Shown here: piece by piece, positions 54,379 to 64,000 of the stretch | Layout of the letters: each line of letters starts with the position of its first letter | Position numbering within the stretch: the first letter of the stretch is position 1 | Source of the DNA: a virus | Length of the DNA: 64,000 bases | Virus record (IMG/VR): IMGVR_UViG_3300025874_000006 | Location: 10,352-74,351 of that record | Strand: one strand, 5' to 3' | Notes under the pieces: generated by a model | What the model was told of the DNA's origin: nothing | Seen by the model: only the letters and a program-made list of their open reading frames with translations | Databases searched by the model: none | Made by a program: the position numbers and the translations under genes

Positions 54379-54478
54379 TTAAGGTGGTCTCTTGAATCAA
54401 ATAAGGCATATTATATATACGTTCAAGTCAAATCATATCTTGGGCAAAGACATTATGATTCAAGAGACCGATAAGGGT

Positions 54479-54742
54479 TTACTTCTTCTTGGTGTCCGAA
54501 TCAGCTTTCGCAGACTCTTCGGCAAATGCTTTCGCGACATTTTCGTAGAGTGCGACAACTTGGATTGCTTGGTCACGTAGTTGACCGACAGTAGTCAGTT
54601 CTTCACCTTTAAAACCACCACGGGTCACTACAGTGTCGACAACAGCAATACAAGAACGTGCTACACGGTTTGCTAGGTCATTTAATGTTTTTTGTTCTTC
54701 AGTCATTTTAGGCTCCGTAAGTAGATGACTTTTCAAGTGCAA
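54479..54742 (-). CDS. Conserved hypothetical protein (likely start MTEEQK)
   Basis: VD....RG.FKGEEL..VG.LR. Confidence 0.65.
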   Translation of the reverse strand: MHLKSHLLTEPKMTEEQKTLNDLANRVARSCIAVVDTVVTRGGFKGEELTTVGQLRDQAIQVVALYENVAKAFAEESAKADSDTKKK

Positions 54743-55385
54743 TAAAATATTGCGTATCTGAATCAGTTGATTTGAAATGAGATATTAGTTTAGTTGAAAC
54801 AGAGACTTCATAGTCACCACCCAACAGTTTCATATTTCCCACACCCATGATAAAGTTGAAGTCAGTTCCTTCGGGGAAAGAACCTTCGGTCAATACCGAG
54901 TATGAGTTAGACGTGGAGTCATTGGCATCAACTACATTAATCTCAATTGAATTTCCGTTTGGACGGATAGAGATGTTGTCATAACCAAGTGCAGATGATG
55001 CACGTTTGATCTTACTTAGGGTTTCGTTAGTGAGTAAGAATTTAACTTCACACTCAGGCATCACGATATCTTTCTTAGGAGCAGAAAGCATCTCAGGGTC
55101 TGAGTAGAAATATTTAACAGAAGATAGACCACTACCGTCTGATACGGTACAGAAGTTCTCACCGAAAGTGATTGATGGACGATCCACCAAAGACAATACA
55201 GACAAGAACTCAGAGAGGTCATAGATACCGAAAGTGTTCGGGAAGGTCTCTTCGATCTCAGCTCGAGATACGATGTTCTTTGCTATCGACATAGTCTTCA
55301 GGACGTTACCGCCATTGACTACAATGTTTGGATTGATTGTCGAGAAGTTACGCAGTATCTCGACCGTGCGACTAGATAGTTCCAT
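54708..55385 (-). CDS. 45: Sliding clamp gp45
   Basis: LRNFSTINP, FGIYDLSEFL, YFIALE; promoter at 55415-55443. Confidence 0.95.
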   Translation of the reverse strand: MELSSRTVEILRNFSTINPNIVVNGGNVLKTMSIAKNIVSRAEIEETFPNTFGIYDLSEFLSVLSLVDRPSITFGENFCTVSDGSGLSSVKYFYSDPEMLSAPKKDIVMPECEVKFLLTNETLSKIKRASSALGYDNISIRPNGNSIEINVVDANDSTSNSYSVLTEGSFPEGTDFNFIMGVGNMKLLGGDYEVSVSTKLISHFKSTDSDTQYFIALEKSSTYGA

Positions 55386-55439
55386 TGTTGTATTCCTTAG
55401 TTAGTATGGTGATCATTATACAGAGTTTACACCTGTGTG

Positions 55440-57164
55440 TCAAGTGTTTTCTTTCATTCGACTGAAGTTTTTATCTTTAACGAATGTCAGCTTGCGTTCG
55501 AAGTGAGCATCCTCAAGTTCAGTCTTGTGAGAGATTACGAAGACGTTAGTGTCTTCTTTCAATGTGTCGATAATCTTCATAAGGTTATCTACACCTTCAC
55601 CGTCCAACGAAGAGTCGAACGTCTCATCCAGTATCAACAAGTTAGTCGATACAGAATTCTTCATCTTGGCAATCTGACGCCAAGTAAATAGTAGGGACAG
55701 GTCAATACGCTGTTTCTCACCTTCGGAGAACGAGTCGTAAGAGAACGTGTCGCGATATCGTGACCGGATGGTTTCACTGAAACTATCATCCAATTCAAAG
55801 TGAACGAAGAAGTCTAGAATCTGTAAGTACTTGTTGGTCAACTCATTGATGACCGGAATGTACTGTCGGATAATCTTAGTCTTGATTCCCGTATCACGAA
55901 GCAACTCACCAGCAATACGATTGTAAGATGCCTTCTCATTAAGAACATACTTCTCATCAGTCCTCTGGTGCAATTCAGAATCTAACTCAGACAAATCAGA
56001 GTTTGCTTGACCCATATCACCAGAACTGTCGGCCATATCATTGAGGTCAGTACGAAGTTTATCTATAGACCTCTGAAGTCGAATGATGGTCTGGTTGTTA
56101 TTATGCAGAGTATTCTGGTCAACAAGACACTCGGACATGCGAGACTCAAGGGAGACGATATCGTCTTCATATATCTTGCGTTGAATTTCCGCCTCATCCA
56201 TAGTGGTCTTCAGACCTTTCGCTTTGGCTGTTGCAGAATCTTTCTTTTCTTTTCGCAACTCTTCTGCGATATCTTGGTCACATGTAGGACAGTGTTCGTT
56301 CTCATCGAAGAACTTTGCTTCCTTAACTACGGTCTTAACCTGTGTCTTGAACTGTGCATAGTACTGGTCTAACTTCTGTTTGTTTTCACGTACTGTGGAC
56401 AAACTATCCGTGATGGTTGGCAACAACGAGTTAACCGTCTCAGATAAAGTGATGTTCACCGCATTCAACTCTTCTATCTCAGTCTGGAACTCAGAGATTT
56501 CACCCTCTTTATCCTTACGATGCTGAGTATTGATAGCAGTCAAATCACGGATATACTTCTTCTGTGCGTTTATCTTAGTCTTGACTACTTCAATAGAATG
56601 GGTGTTGTTCTCAAGCTCGCCTTTTAGGAGGGAGGTTTTCTCCTTGAGTAACATGTTCATCTTAGAGAATATGTTAATGTCAAGGAGGTCTTCTATCACG
56701 TCACGCCGAGAGGTTGAGTTGAGTTGCATGAACGGAACAAAAGACGACGAACCTAGAACAACAATCTGATGGAAACTCTTGTGAGACATCTGAAAGACGT
56801 TCTTCTCAAGAATGTCCTGATATTCCCGTGCGTGTGAACTCTGGTTAATCATACTACCGTCTTTCCAGATTTCAAACTTAGCAGGTTTAATCCCCCGCAC
56901 CACACGATATTGGACAGTATTAACACTGAAGGTAACCTCAGTCACACAGTCTTTATTATTGATTGTGTTGATTAACTGATTCTTGGTTATCTTTCGGTGC
57001 GCCTTACCAAACAATGCAAACGACAACGCGTCAAGCATCGTAGACTTACCAGCACCGTTCTCACCAACAATAAGGTTGGTCGAACTGTCTAGGAAGTTTA
57101 TTTCGTTAAAATAGTTACCAGTTGAAAGGAAATTCTTCCAACGTAAGGTTTCAAATTTAATCAT
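55440..57164 (-). CDS. 46: Recombination endonuclease subunit gp46 (SbcC/Rad50-like)
   Basis: GENGAGKST, CPTC hook, FSEGEK, LDE. Confidence 0.97.
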   Translation of the reverse strand: MIKFETLRWKNFLSTGNYFNEINFLDSSTNLIVGENGAGKSTMLDALSFALFGKAHRKITKNQLINTINNKDCVTEVTFSVNTVQYRVVRGIKPAKFEIWKDGSMINQSSHAREYQDILEKNVFQMSHKSFHQIVVLGSSSFVPFMQLNSTSRRDVIEDLLDINIFSKMNMLLKEKTSLLKGELENNTHSIEVVKTKINAQKKYIRDLTAINTQHRKDKEGEISEFQTEIEELNAVNITLSETVNSLLPTITDSLSTVRENKQKLDQYYAQFKTQVKTVVKEAKFFDENEHCPTCDQDIAEELRKEKKDSATAKAKGLKTTMDEAEIQRKIYEDDIVSLESRMSECLVDQNTLHNNNQTIIRLQRSIDKLRTDLNDMADSSGDMGQANSDLSELDSELHQRTDEKYVLNEKASYNRIAGELLRDTGIKTKIIRQYIPVINELTNKYLQILDFFVHFELDDSFSETIRSRYRDTFSYDSFSEGEKQRIDLSLLFTWRQIAKMKNSVSTNLLILDETFDSSLDGEGVDNLMKIIDTLKEDTNVFVISHKTELEDAHFERKLTFVKDKNFSRMKENT

Positions 57165-58219
57165 GCAATCTCGACACTCTGCGCTTCAATCATTAGTTCA
57201 GATACTACAGCCTTAATACGTTCTTTGTCTAAGTCTGTTTCTACTTCTTGGATATAATTATACACTAAAGTTTCGGTGTCGTCAATAGTTATATCAGTAT
57301 CCGAGACATTTTCTCCTCGGAATTCTTTGAAGTCTTCGGCAATCTTCAGTTCGTGTATCTTCTGCATCTGAATCTTATCGACATACCTCTCAAACTTCTG
57401 CATATCAGAACGGTTAGATACAATCAACTTAACGAACTTGCCGTTCAGATATGATAGGTCTTCGAAGTAATTGATAGTGTCTTCATCATAATATATTTTA
57501 TGGAATAGAGTGACCTTATTCTGTACTGGAGTCATCTCACGAGTTTCGGTGTCGTAGATGTGGAAGTACTTGGGGTCGTGCGCATCGTTCCAGAAGAACT
57601 CCATCTGCGAACCTAGGTAAGTGATATTACCCTTACTGGATTTAGTATGGAAGTGTCCGGACAACACGGTTTCAAAACGTTCTAGAGGTTTCGGATCCAT
57701 ACCAGTGTGACATACGATACCCTTATCCATCTCAAATCCTGCGAGTTCAAAGTGGCCACCGATGACATCAGCACCGCAGTTGTCCAAGAAGGTCAGAACC
57801 TCTTTCTCATTCTCAGGACAAATCCAAGGAACCAGACCAAACTTTACACCACCATAATCACGGACTATAGGATCCATGAGGATATCAACCTCATTGATGT
57901 AGTGACCCATCAACTCTTTCAAGGAGTTTAATTCGATAGTATTTTTAAAGTAAACGTCATGGTTGCCGGGGATAATATCCATATGAATATTGTGATCCCG
58001 AAGCCTATCCAAGAAGATACGGCGGTTGTGATTTAACGCCTTTAGGTTAATAGTTTTACGATTATCATAGTAATCCCCCAAATGTAGAATCTGGGTTATA
58101 CCGTTCTCTAGGAGATAGGGGAAAAACTCTTCGGTGTAAAAGCGTTCTTGATAATCCATGAAGATATCAGAGGAATTCCGACATCCGCAGTGGGTATCAT
58201 TCAGTATTGCGATTTTCAT
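57161..58219 (-). CDS. 47: Recombination endonuclease subunit gp47 (SbcD/Mre11-like)
   Basis: DTH, GD, GNHD, SGHFH; promoter at 58250-58278. Confidence 0.97.
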   Translation of the reverse strand: MKIAILNDTHCGCRNSSDIFMDYQERFYTEEFFPYLLENGITQILHLGDYYDNRKTINLKALNHNRRIFLDRLRDHNIHMDIIPGNHDVYFKNTIELNSLKELMGHYINEVDILMDPIVRDYGGVKFGLVPWICPENEKEVLTFLDNCGADVIGGHFELAGFEMDKGIVCHTGMDPKPLERFETVLSGHFHTKSSKGNITYLGSQMEFFWNDAHDPKYFHIYDTETREMTPVQNKVTLFHKIYYDEDTINYFEDLSYLNGKFVKLIVSNRSDMQKFERYVDKIQMQKIHELKIAEDFKEFRGENVSDTDITIDDTETLVYNYIQEVETDLDKERIKAVVSELMIEAQSVEIA

Positions 58220-58282
58220 AAATGACTCAACTCAATTTATATGACGACTATTATACTACAATAAATGGCATGTGTCAAGTCT

Positions 58283-58594
58283 TTATTCTAATTGCATATT
58301 ATAATCCGGTGGAAGGTTAGTAGTTTCACAAAAATTGTCTCCACACCTTTCAAAGGTTTGGTTACCTAGGTTTTTATTTTTTTCACGTTTAAGTGATTTC
58401 TGATTATCAATAGAAATTTTACGCATTCTTTCGACAGGTGTAGCGACTGTACATACATAGGTAACATCATGGGTTATTGCAAGTTTCTTTGCATCTTTAC
58501 CCAAGTTGTCTATTACTAGAGTTCTGCACTGGTCATCAGAGATATCACCCGTTGTTGCGAAAGATAGATATAATACTGCTGTGATGGCTTTCAA
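58283..58594 (-). CDS. Hypothetical Cys-containing protein
   Basis: ORF between genes 55 and 47. Confidence 0.5.
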   Translation of the reverse strand: MKAITAVLYLSFATTGDISDDQCRTLVIDNLGKDAKKLAITHDVTYVCTVATPVERMRKISIDNQKSLKREKNKNLGNQTFERCGDNFCETTNLPPDYNMQLE

Positions 58595-58597
58595 TAT

Positions 58598-59182
58598 TTA
58601 CTCCAGATAATCGGATAAGTCAGAGTCGACATTTACAGCACGTCTTTTTCTTTTCTTCTCTTCTTTAGCATATTGTTTGAAATCGTCATCTGCGTTTTTT
58701 ACAACATCGATACGTTGACGCAGAGTATCTATGAAGGGAGAAGCTTGTTGAGAGAAACCTTCACCGTCACCATCCATGAATGCGCTAATATGTGCTTCAG
58801 CAATATACTTCATCTTGATGTCTTGTTGTTTCTTTTCTTTTTGAATTCTTCGGAGGAATGCATACCATGATATCTGTGTGAAATATGCGAATGCATTTGG
58901 TTTACCCGAACGGGTAGCAGCTTCAATATCATAGTTCTCGATTGCTTTGAGACAGTTCTCCACAGCGTCCATCACCATCTCTTCACGATAAGTGTAACGA
59001 ACGAAGTTCCCCTTGTGAGAAAGTCCTTCTGCGATCTTTAAAAAACAAGTAGCAATATAGTTAGTCACCACAGGGTGTGGTTTACCCTGTTCTTTAGCTT
59101 CCTTGACAGTGGTGCAGTATTCTACTACTGCGTTTGAGAAATCTTTATTACTTACGTAATGGGGTTTTTCTTTTGGTTTCAT
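58598..59182 (-). CDS. 55: Late-transcription sigma factor gp55
   Basis: HYVSNKDF, KIAEGLSH..NF..Y, NAFAYFTQI...AF.RRI.KEK; promoter at 59211-59239. Confidence 0.95.
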   Translation of the reverse strand: MKPKEKPHYVSNKDFSNAVVEYCTTVKEAKEQGKPHPVVTNYIATCFLKIAEGLSHKGNFVRYTYREEMVMDAVENCLKAIENYDIEAATRSGKPNAFAYFTQISWYAFLRRIQKEKKQQDIKMKYIAEAHISAFMDGDGEGFSQQASPFIDTLRQRIDVVKNADDDFKQYAKEEKKRKRRAVNVDSDLSDYLE

Positions 59183-59235
59183 GATATACTATTCCATTAA
59201 TTTAGGGTCTATTATAACAGTTTATAGACCGTTTG

Positions 59236-59646
59236 TCAATCAATATGCATTACTCTATTTCGTAAATCGCTAGATGAGAATCTATGCGACCTTTCATTGA
59301 AGTATAATTGTATACCTCGTTTCCTACAAATATCCTTGCCTGTGAAGTCTTTGTCTCTATACTCTTCACCTAGTATACGCAAGTCAATCTGATACATGGC
59401 AAGAATGTCTTCTAAGTCTTGTTCAGTCACATACGGAATAATCTCATCGACATATCCAACTGCATTCAGCTGAGAATATCTCTCAACTATGGTCTGCACC
59501 GGAGAATTCTTGTTAGAACGGTCTAGGGAAGGGTCAACCTGTAACCCACATATAAGGTAATCGCAATGTGCCTTTGCATCACGCAACATAGCAACGTGTC
59601 CCGCATGTAACAGGTCAAATGATGAACAAGTGAACCCTACTATCAT
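59236..59646 (-). CDS. Glycerol-3-phosphate cytidylyltransferase-like protein (TagD family)
   Basis: FDLLHAGH, YVDEI, R.H.FSSS. Confidence 0.85.
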   Translation of the reverse strand: MIVGFTCSSFDLLHAGHVAMLRDAKAHCDYLICGLQVDPSLDRSNKNSPVQTIVERYSQLNAVGYVDEIIPYVTEQDLEDILAMYQIDLRILGEEYRDKDFTGKDICRKRGIQLYFNERSHRFSSSDLRNRVMHID

Positions 59647-60011
59647 AACGTTTTATGTTGTTTAACTAACAACTCTAGTGCCTCTTCAACAGTGACATCT
59701 AAGTTATAATGAGTGGAGATAAAAGTTGCGTACTGTTCAAAGTGTGGTGCAAGACCTAACTCTTGCCTAACCTTTATCTGTACAGCATAACCTTCCACTT
59801 CAGAACGAAGTCGATAGTCTTTATTGAACTGATACCAAATCCCGTGAGTACAAAACGTTCTCCAGAACTGATGGACATGAACTTTCTCATGCTCTATCAA
59901 AGCGGTGTTATTTCTGTGTGCTTTACGAACAAAGATGATAGGCCCGAGGACGTATGCCGCGAACCTCTTGGGAATAAATGTGCTTAACGGAATAATAATA
60001 TGTAATAACAT
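59643..60011 (-). CDS. HExxH metallopeptidase-like protein
   Basis: HEKVHVHQ...EVEGY. Confidence 0.6.
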   Translation of the reverse strand: MLLHIIIPLSTFIPKRFAAYVLGPIIFVRKAHRNNTALIEHEKVHVHQFWRTFCTHGIWYQFNKDYRLRSEVEGYAVQIKVRQELGLAPHFEQYATFISTHYNLDVTVEEALELLVKQHKTL

Positions 60012-60028
60012 TTTTTTTACCTCTACCC

Positions 60029-60057
60029 TTGACAGATAGTGTTTTATAGTGTATAAT
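60029..60057 (+). promoter_or_regulatory. Consensus sigma70 promoter on the antisense strand
   Basis: TTGACA-17-TATAAT with no plus-strand gene downstream. Confidence 0.7.
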
Positions 60058-60088
60058 CTAGCTTGTTGTCCAGAGGGGTATATAAGGA

Positions 60089-60505
60089 TTAGTTTGGTAG
60101 CATTCCTGTAACATCTGAATCAAATACGTCACTTTCTTTCCTCATATCATCTAAAAAATCTTCTAATGACATTTCTTCATTATGCATATCCTCGACACCT
60201 TCGTTGTAATTCTCTTCAAGATAGTTAGCCATCTCTTTAAGAGCAGTCTTATACTGTTGCAACATTTCCTCAGCAGGAACAGCTAGAGACATAAGCTTAT
60301 CAGTAAAAATGACAATAACATTGGTGGGAGTGTCCTGATAGACCATATACGTTTTAAAAGTAAAAAACTTCTCACCCGTCTTCAGTGTGTTCTGCATCAG
60401 ACTCATTGCATTATTAACAATTATAGAACCGGAAGTTTCGTCCAGAACTTCACATATAACTTCTTCGCCAGTAACTAACTTCAAATGTTTAACTGAAGAA
60501 CTCAT
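60089..60505 (-). CDS. Sm-like conserved protein downstream of uvsW
   Basis: KLVTGEEVIC motif; synteny. Confidence 0.65.
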   Translation of the reverse strand: MSSSVKHLKLVTGEEVICEVLDETSGSIIVNNAMSLMQNTLKTGEKFFTFKTYMVYQDTPTNVIVIFTDKLMSLAVPAEEMLQQYKTALKEMANYLEENYNEGVEDMHNEEMSLEDFLDDMRKESDVFDSDVTGMLPN

Positions 60506-62033
60506 CTTTATTATCCTTAGATATTATAGGTTTTAGGTCAATGGGATACACTTTGTATTTAAATCCCTCTTTAGTATATATCTTAATCCTTTCAGCGCTA
60601 TGTTTCAGAGTAAAATTCTTATGAGACTTGACATGCAAATCATCAGCGATATCAATAAGCTTAGTAGTCCGACCATCGTCAGACTGACGAAGACCCCTGC
60701 CAATCGATTGGAGTACCTTAACTTGGGACTTGGATGGAGTCGCGAATACAATATTATGCAAGTTGCGGATGTTGATGCCAGTGCTGAAAGTGCCAAGAGA
60801 AGCGACAATAATAGAGTCATTTTCTTTTTCTACGATACCTCGTATCTGTTCTCGATCAGTCGCATCCACTTCACCCGAAACATAAAACACTTTACGGTCT
60901 TCTGGGACTAACGACTTAATCATCTCATATAATACCTTACCATGTTTCTCAACAAACTGAAACATGACCAAAGTATTACCCGTCTGGTCTATTGCTATTT
61001 TACTTATAAACTTATTACGTGGTTCATATGTAACAATATAATCAAGTTCTTCTTGATAGTTCTTGTCTTTCATCATATTACAGATATCACTATGATACCT
61101 CAACAACAGAATTGATATCTCCAACTCTGCTAGTTGTTTATTCTTTTGCAATTCCACGGTGCGTGTCACCGTAAACGTAGGGCCGAATAAACCTTCTAAC
61201 ACTAACTTATTCGTTTCAGTCCCATCAAGTGTTCCTGTAAGACCGAATCTGTATTGTGCTTCGGTGCACTTGTCCATCATCGTAGAGAGAGACTTTGCTT
61301 TGAAAAGATGTACCTCATCACCAAAGACGGTGTTGAACTGTTCAAACCACTCCTTACCAAACTTATAGATTGACTGCCACGTAGAGATGATAACTCTCTT
61401 GTCAGTAACCTTTTCTTTACCAGAGTATATCTTATGACAGAACTCATCAGCATCATAACCATAGTCAGCAAAGTCTTTGTACATTTGTTCCACCAGAGAG
61501 GTGGTAGGAACAATGACCAATATCTTCCCTTCGGTCACTTCATAACAATACCGTAGAAGGTTGTAAATGATGAAGGACTTACCACTACCTGTAGGACTTA
61601 ACAGAAGACATCGTCTGTTCTCGACTCCATGAGCAATAGCTTTGTACTGGTAGTCTCTGGGTTTGAAAGGTACCTCCAGAAGAGATAAGAAATCAATCAG
61701 AGCGGGGTGGTCGATATCCTCTTTGAAGGATGGTATCCCATAGACCTCATGTTCGAGTATTTCTAACTGATAAAAACGGTCTGCACAGAAACGACGCAGA
61801 TGTGTATAGAGACCCACGTTCATTTGTTTTGAAACCATGTTGTACAGTTTCACTTTCCCGTCCCAGTGACGAGACTTGAATGCTGGCATAAATTTATAGC
61901 CAGGCACGAAGAAAGAGAAGTATTCCCTCAATTCATTTTCTTGTGCTGGATGGGCCTCTACCATGAAATGGGAGTGGTCTTTCATCCTTATCCGTATCTT
62001 ATTATCCACCGGCTTCGAACTTTCTCCAATCAA
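60489..62033 (-). CDS. uvsW: UvsW helicase
   Basis: WDGK, RDYQ, SPTGSGKS, DEVH, GLTGT, QSIGRGLR. Confidence 0.96.
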   Translation of the reverse strand: MIGESSKPVDNKIRIRMKDHSHFMVEAHPAQENELREYFSFFVPGYKFMPAFKSRHWDGKVKLYNMVSKQMNVGLYTHLRRFCADRFYQLEILEHEVYGIPSFKEDIDHPALIDFLSLLEVPFKPRDYQYKAIAHGVENRRCLLLSPTGSGKSFIIYNLLRYCYEVTEGKILVIVPTTSLVEQMYKDFADYGYDADEFCHKIYSGKEKVTDKRVIISTWQSIYKFGKEWFEQFNTVFGDEVHLFKAKSLSTMMDKCTEAQYRFGLTGTLDGTETNKLVLEGLFGPTFTVTRTVELQKNKQLAELEISILLLRYHSDICNMMKDKNYQEELDYIVTYEPRNKFISKIAIDQTGNTLVMFQFVEKHGKVLYEMIKSLVPEDRKVFYVSGEVDATDREQIRGIVEKENDSIIVASLGTFSTGINIRNLHNIVFATPSKSQVKVLQSIGRGLRQSDDGRTTKLIDIADDLHVKSHKNFTLKHSAERIKIYTKEGFKYKVYPIDLKPIISKDNKDEFFS

Positions 62034-62451
62034 TCATATTTTTAATGGTTTGATGTCGCCACTTCAACGTGTCGACTATATTACTTAGGGATTCGATAAG
62101 TGTCTTGTGATAGATGATTTTTTCCTCAGACTTCTGTATCTCAGGGTCTGAATCATAATAATAATCCATCTCACCTTTCAACATGCGCAAACCATTAAAG
62201 GGGTCTAAATCCCATCCAGTTGCTAATATCTCTTCTTGAGACATCTTCCCGTTGTAGTATAAGAACTTTTGTTTTAGTAACGTCTTCTGATTGTTTTCAG
62301 AACGTTTGAGTTGTAATTTGGCGAGAGCCAGATACTGCAAATACTTTGCATGTAGTGATGGAGTCTGTCGAGAAACTTCGTCCAGTTGGTGCTGTGATAT
62401 CTCACAGTCCTCTTGCCATTCTTTAAGAATGGACTCTAAATCTATCATCAT
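62002..62451 (-). CDS. uvsY: UvsY recombination mediator
   Basis: W.ED..I, P.LHAKY, YY.GK, IKNMIDWRKFEAG. Confidence 0.92.
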   Translation of the reverse strand: MMIDLESILKEWQEDCEISQHQLDEVSRQTPSLHAKYLQYLALAKLQLKRSENNQKTLLKQKFLYYNGKMSQEEILATGWDLDPFNGLRMLKGEMDYYYDSDPEIQKSEEKIIYHKTLIESLSNIVDTLKWRHQTIKNMIDWRKFEAGG

Positions 62452-62489
62452 ATAAAAAACCTAATGTGTATAAGGTATATATTATAACA

Positions 62490-63134
62490 CTAACTCGTTA
62501 TAAAATCAATACAATCTTGCCAATAATTTTCATCATGTCCTAGGACATAGGACAGTGTCATTCTGTAACAATTGGTACTGGCGGCATGATACACCACGTC
62601 ACCAGAACCATATGTACCAAAGTGTCCCGCCTTGAGATTCCATCCCTTCTCATCTTGAACAGTTACGACCTCTTGGGTCTTTGGATCAACATACTTAAAC
62701 CACCCGTCACCTTTTTCCGACCAAGTGAAGATAAGGTTATATGCGGAAGCGTTTGCATTATTGTGCCAACCAATAAACCCCTGTGGAGGATATAGTGTGG
62801 ATAGTGCACTATGTTGTACGCCCAACTCTTCGGTCAAACTAGTGTTCAGATTGTGCCATGTCTTCGCATACTCTTCGGGGTGAGTACCATTGTAATGTTC
62901 TGGTTTGATAGGATAACACACGGACGTGGATGCGGAACCATCATGTTCTTCACCCATGTCAATGATTCTCCACATTTCATCTTCGCCAGTGTACACGTCA
63001 GCCATACCTTTCAATTCTGAAAAGAGACAACGATTAGATTTCTCTGGTTGGTATAGTTCCCGATAGGTATAACGAAAATCTTCGAGAATACTCAGAACGA
63101 CACCGTTCTTGATTGAGTACTTTTTTAAACTCAT
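62490..63134 (-). CDS. 2OG-Fe(II) oxygenase-like protein, paralog of 37979-38659
   Basis: LYPPQGFIGWHNN, FTWSEKGDG, YH, R.TL. Confidence 0.65.
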   Translation of the reverse strand: MSLKKYSIKNGVVLSILEDFRYTYRELYQPEKSNRCLFSELKGMADVYTGEDEMWRIIDMGEEHDGSASTSVCYPIKPEHYNGTHPEEYAKTWHNLNTSLTEELGVQHSALSTLYPPQGFIGWHNNANASAYNLIFTWSEKGDGWFKYVDPKTQEVVTVQDEKGWNLKAGHFGTYGSGDVVYHAASTNCYRMTLSYVLGHDENYWQDCIDFITS

Positions 63135-63598
63135 GACAATTCAAATTCGGTGAATCTGAAAGTGGTATCGAAGTTTATATAGGTAACGTCACCTATGGTT
63201 GAGGTAAGTTCTATAGCACCTAACTGTGTAGGTATACAGTTCTTATATTTGATTTGTGCACAGAAGTTGTTGTGACTTGTCAACACAATTACTGTGATAT
63301 CGTGGTGTATTCCATCTACCTTTTGATAAACAGAATCTTCTAACCACTTTTGAACTTCTTTATATGCAGTTAGGTCTTCATCTAGGATTAAGTTTAAAGA
63401 CAACTCTCCATACGAAATGGTGTCGCCTGGCATAGGCAACCCTTGAATCCTAGGAATAGGAATCTCTACAGCAGACACGCTAGCGCCTGGATGTTGAACC
63501 GACTGAGCAAAGAACTCAAGATTACCATACGTCTCGCGCTCAATTATAACACGAAACCCCGTAGGTTGTAGAAAGTTTTTATTGTCTGTTAGGCTCAT
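63131..63598 (-). CDS. 3: Tail completion/sheath stabilizer gp3-like
   Basis: NFLQPTGF, FFAQSV..PG, PGD, LDED...Y.E...W; late promoter at 63621-63628. Confidence 0.8.
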   Translation of the reverse strand: MSLTDNKNFLQPTGFRVIIERETYGNLEFFAQSVQHPGASVSAVEIPIPRIQGLPMPGDTISYGELSLNLILDEDLTAYKEVQKWLEDSVYQKVDGIHHDITVIVLTSHNNFCAQIKYKNCIPTQLGAIELTSTIGDVTYINFDTTFRFTEFELS

Positions 63599-63671
63599 AT
63601 CATATCCTCTAGATTCATTGTATTTATATAAACAATAGTACCGTCCTTGGTCAGCGTACTCCTAATATTCT

Positions 63672-63893
63672 TTATTCTGTTTCGTCTGGTTCTGTTGCAT
63701 CTGTGCCAGTCTTCGAAGCAACATCTTTGATAGTGCTAGATGTTACGTCCAAGACACCAGCGGTAATAGCAAAGACATCGGAACCGACACCTTTAACGAC
63801 ACCACCAGTACCATCGATAGTCGCATCGATAGTAGAACACGCAGATAAAACCAACGCAAACATAATTGTCAGTAAGCGCATGTTAATCTCCAT
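63672..63893 (-). CDS. Small lipoprotein
   Basis: Lipobox LSAC; late promoter at 63989-63996. Confidence 0.65.
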   Translation of the reverse strand: MEINMRLLTIMFALVLSACSTIDATIDGTGGVVKGVGSDVFAITAGVLDVTSSTIKDVASKTGTDATEPDETE

Positions 63894-64000
63894 TATTCGT
63901 AATTCCGATTGTGGTTCCGTAAGATACCGTCATCCACCAGTGCCGTCCGTACCGCTTGATACGTATAGCCAAATCCGTTTTATATCCTTATTTATACGCA

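Noticed and set aside
1-64000. Stop-codon reassignment or suppressor tRNA
   Set aside because: Core genes are intact in the standard code; the UAG and UGA anticodons belong to ordinary Leu and Ser tRNAs

Overview
A 64-kb segment of a large T4-like myovirus, probably marine. The host is probably a heterotrophic gammaproteobacterium (inferred from sigma70-consensus promoters, an enterobacterial-like tRNA-Glu and no photosynthesis genes in the window). Almost everything is on the minus strand. From right to left: the gp3-uvsY-uvsW-gp55-gp47-gp46-gp45-gp44-gp62-regA-hsp20-gp43-primase-like-uvsX-gp40-gp41 core, interspersed with glycan-modifying and Fe-oxygenase genes; a tRNA region (nine canonical tRNAs, with a tenth, Thr, at 54.1 kb) that also holds two HNH endonucleases, a di-haem cytochrome c peroxidase lipoprotein, a fibre-like cassette and several unannotated structured RNA candidates; a late block of putative capsid-packaged internal proteins; class Ia nrdA (with an internal glutaredoxin) and nrdB; an early hypervariable region with a back-to-back promoter pair inside 39-bp inverted repeats; lysozyme; and a carbamoyltransferase cut by the left edge. 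The strongest novelty candidates are (1) the ncRNA cluster at 25.3-29.0 kb, (2) the internal-protein block, where an RNA-ligase-like enzyme, an HIGH nucleotidyltransferase polyprotein and a P-loop kinase all carry T4-type capsid-targeting N-termini, (3) the possible invertible promoter switch at 8.5-8.7 kb and (4) a consensus antisense promoter facing uvsW. All family calls come from motif recognition by eye; no database search was run.
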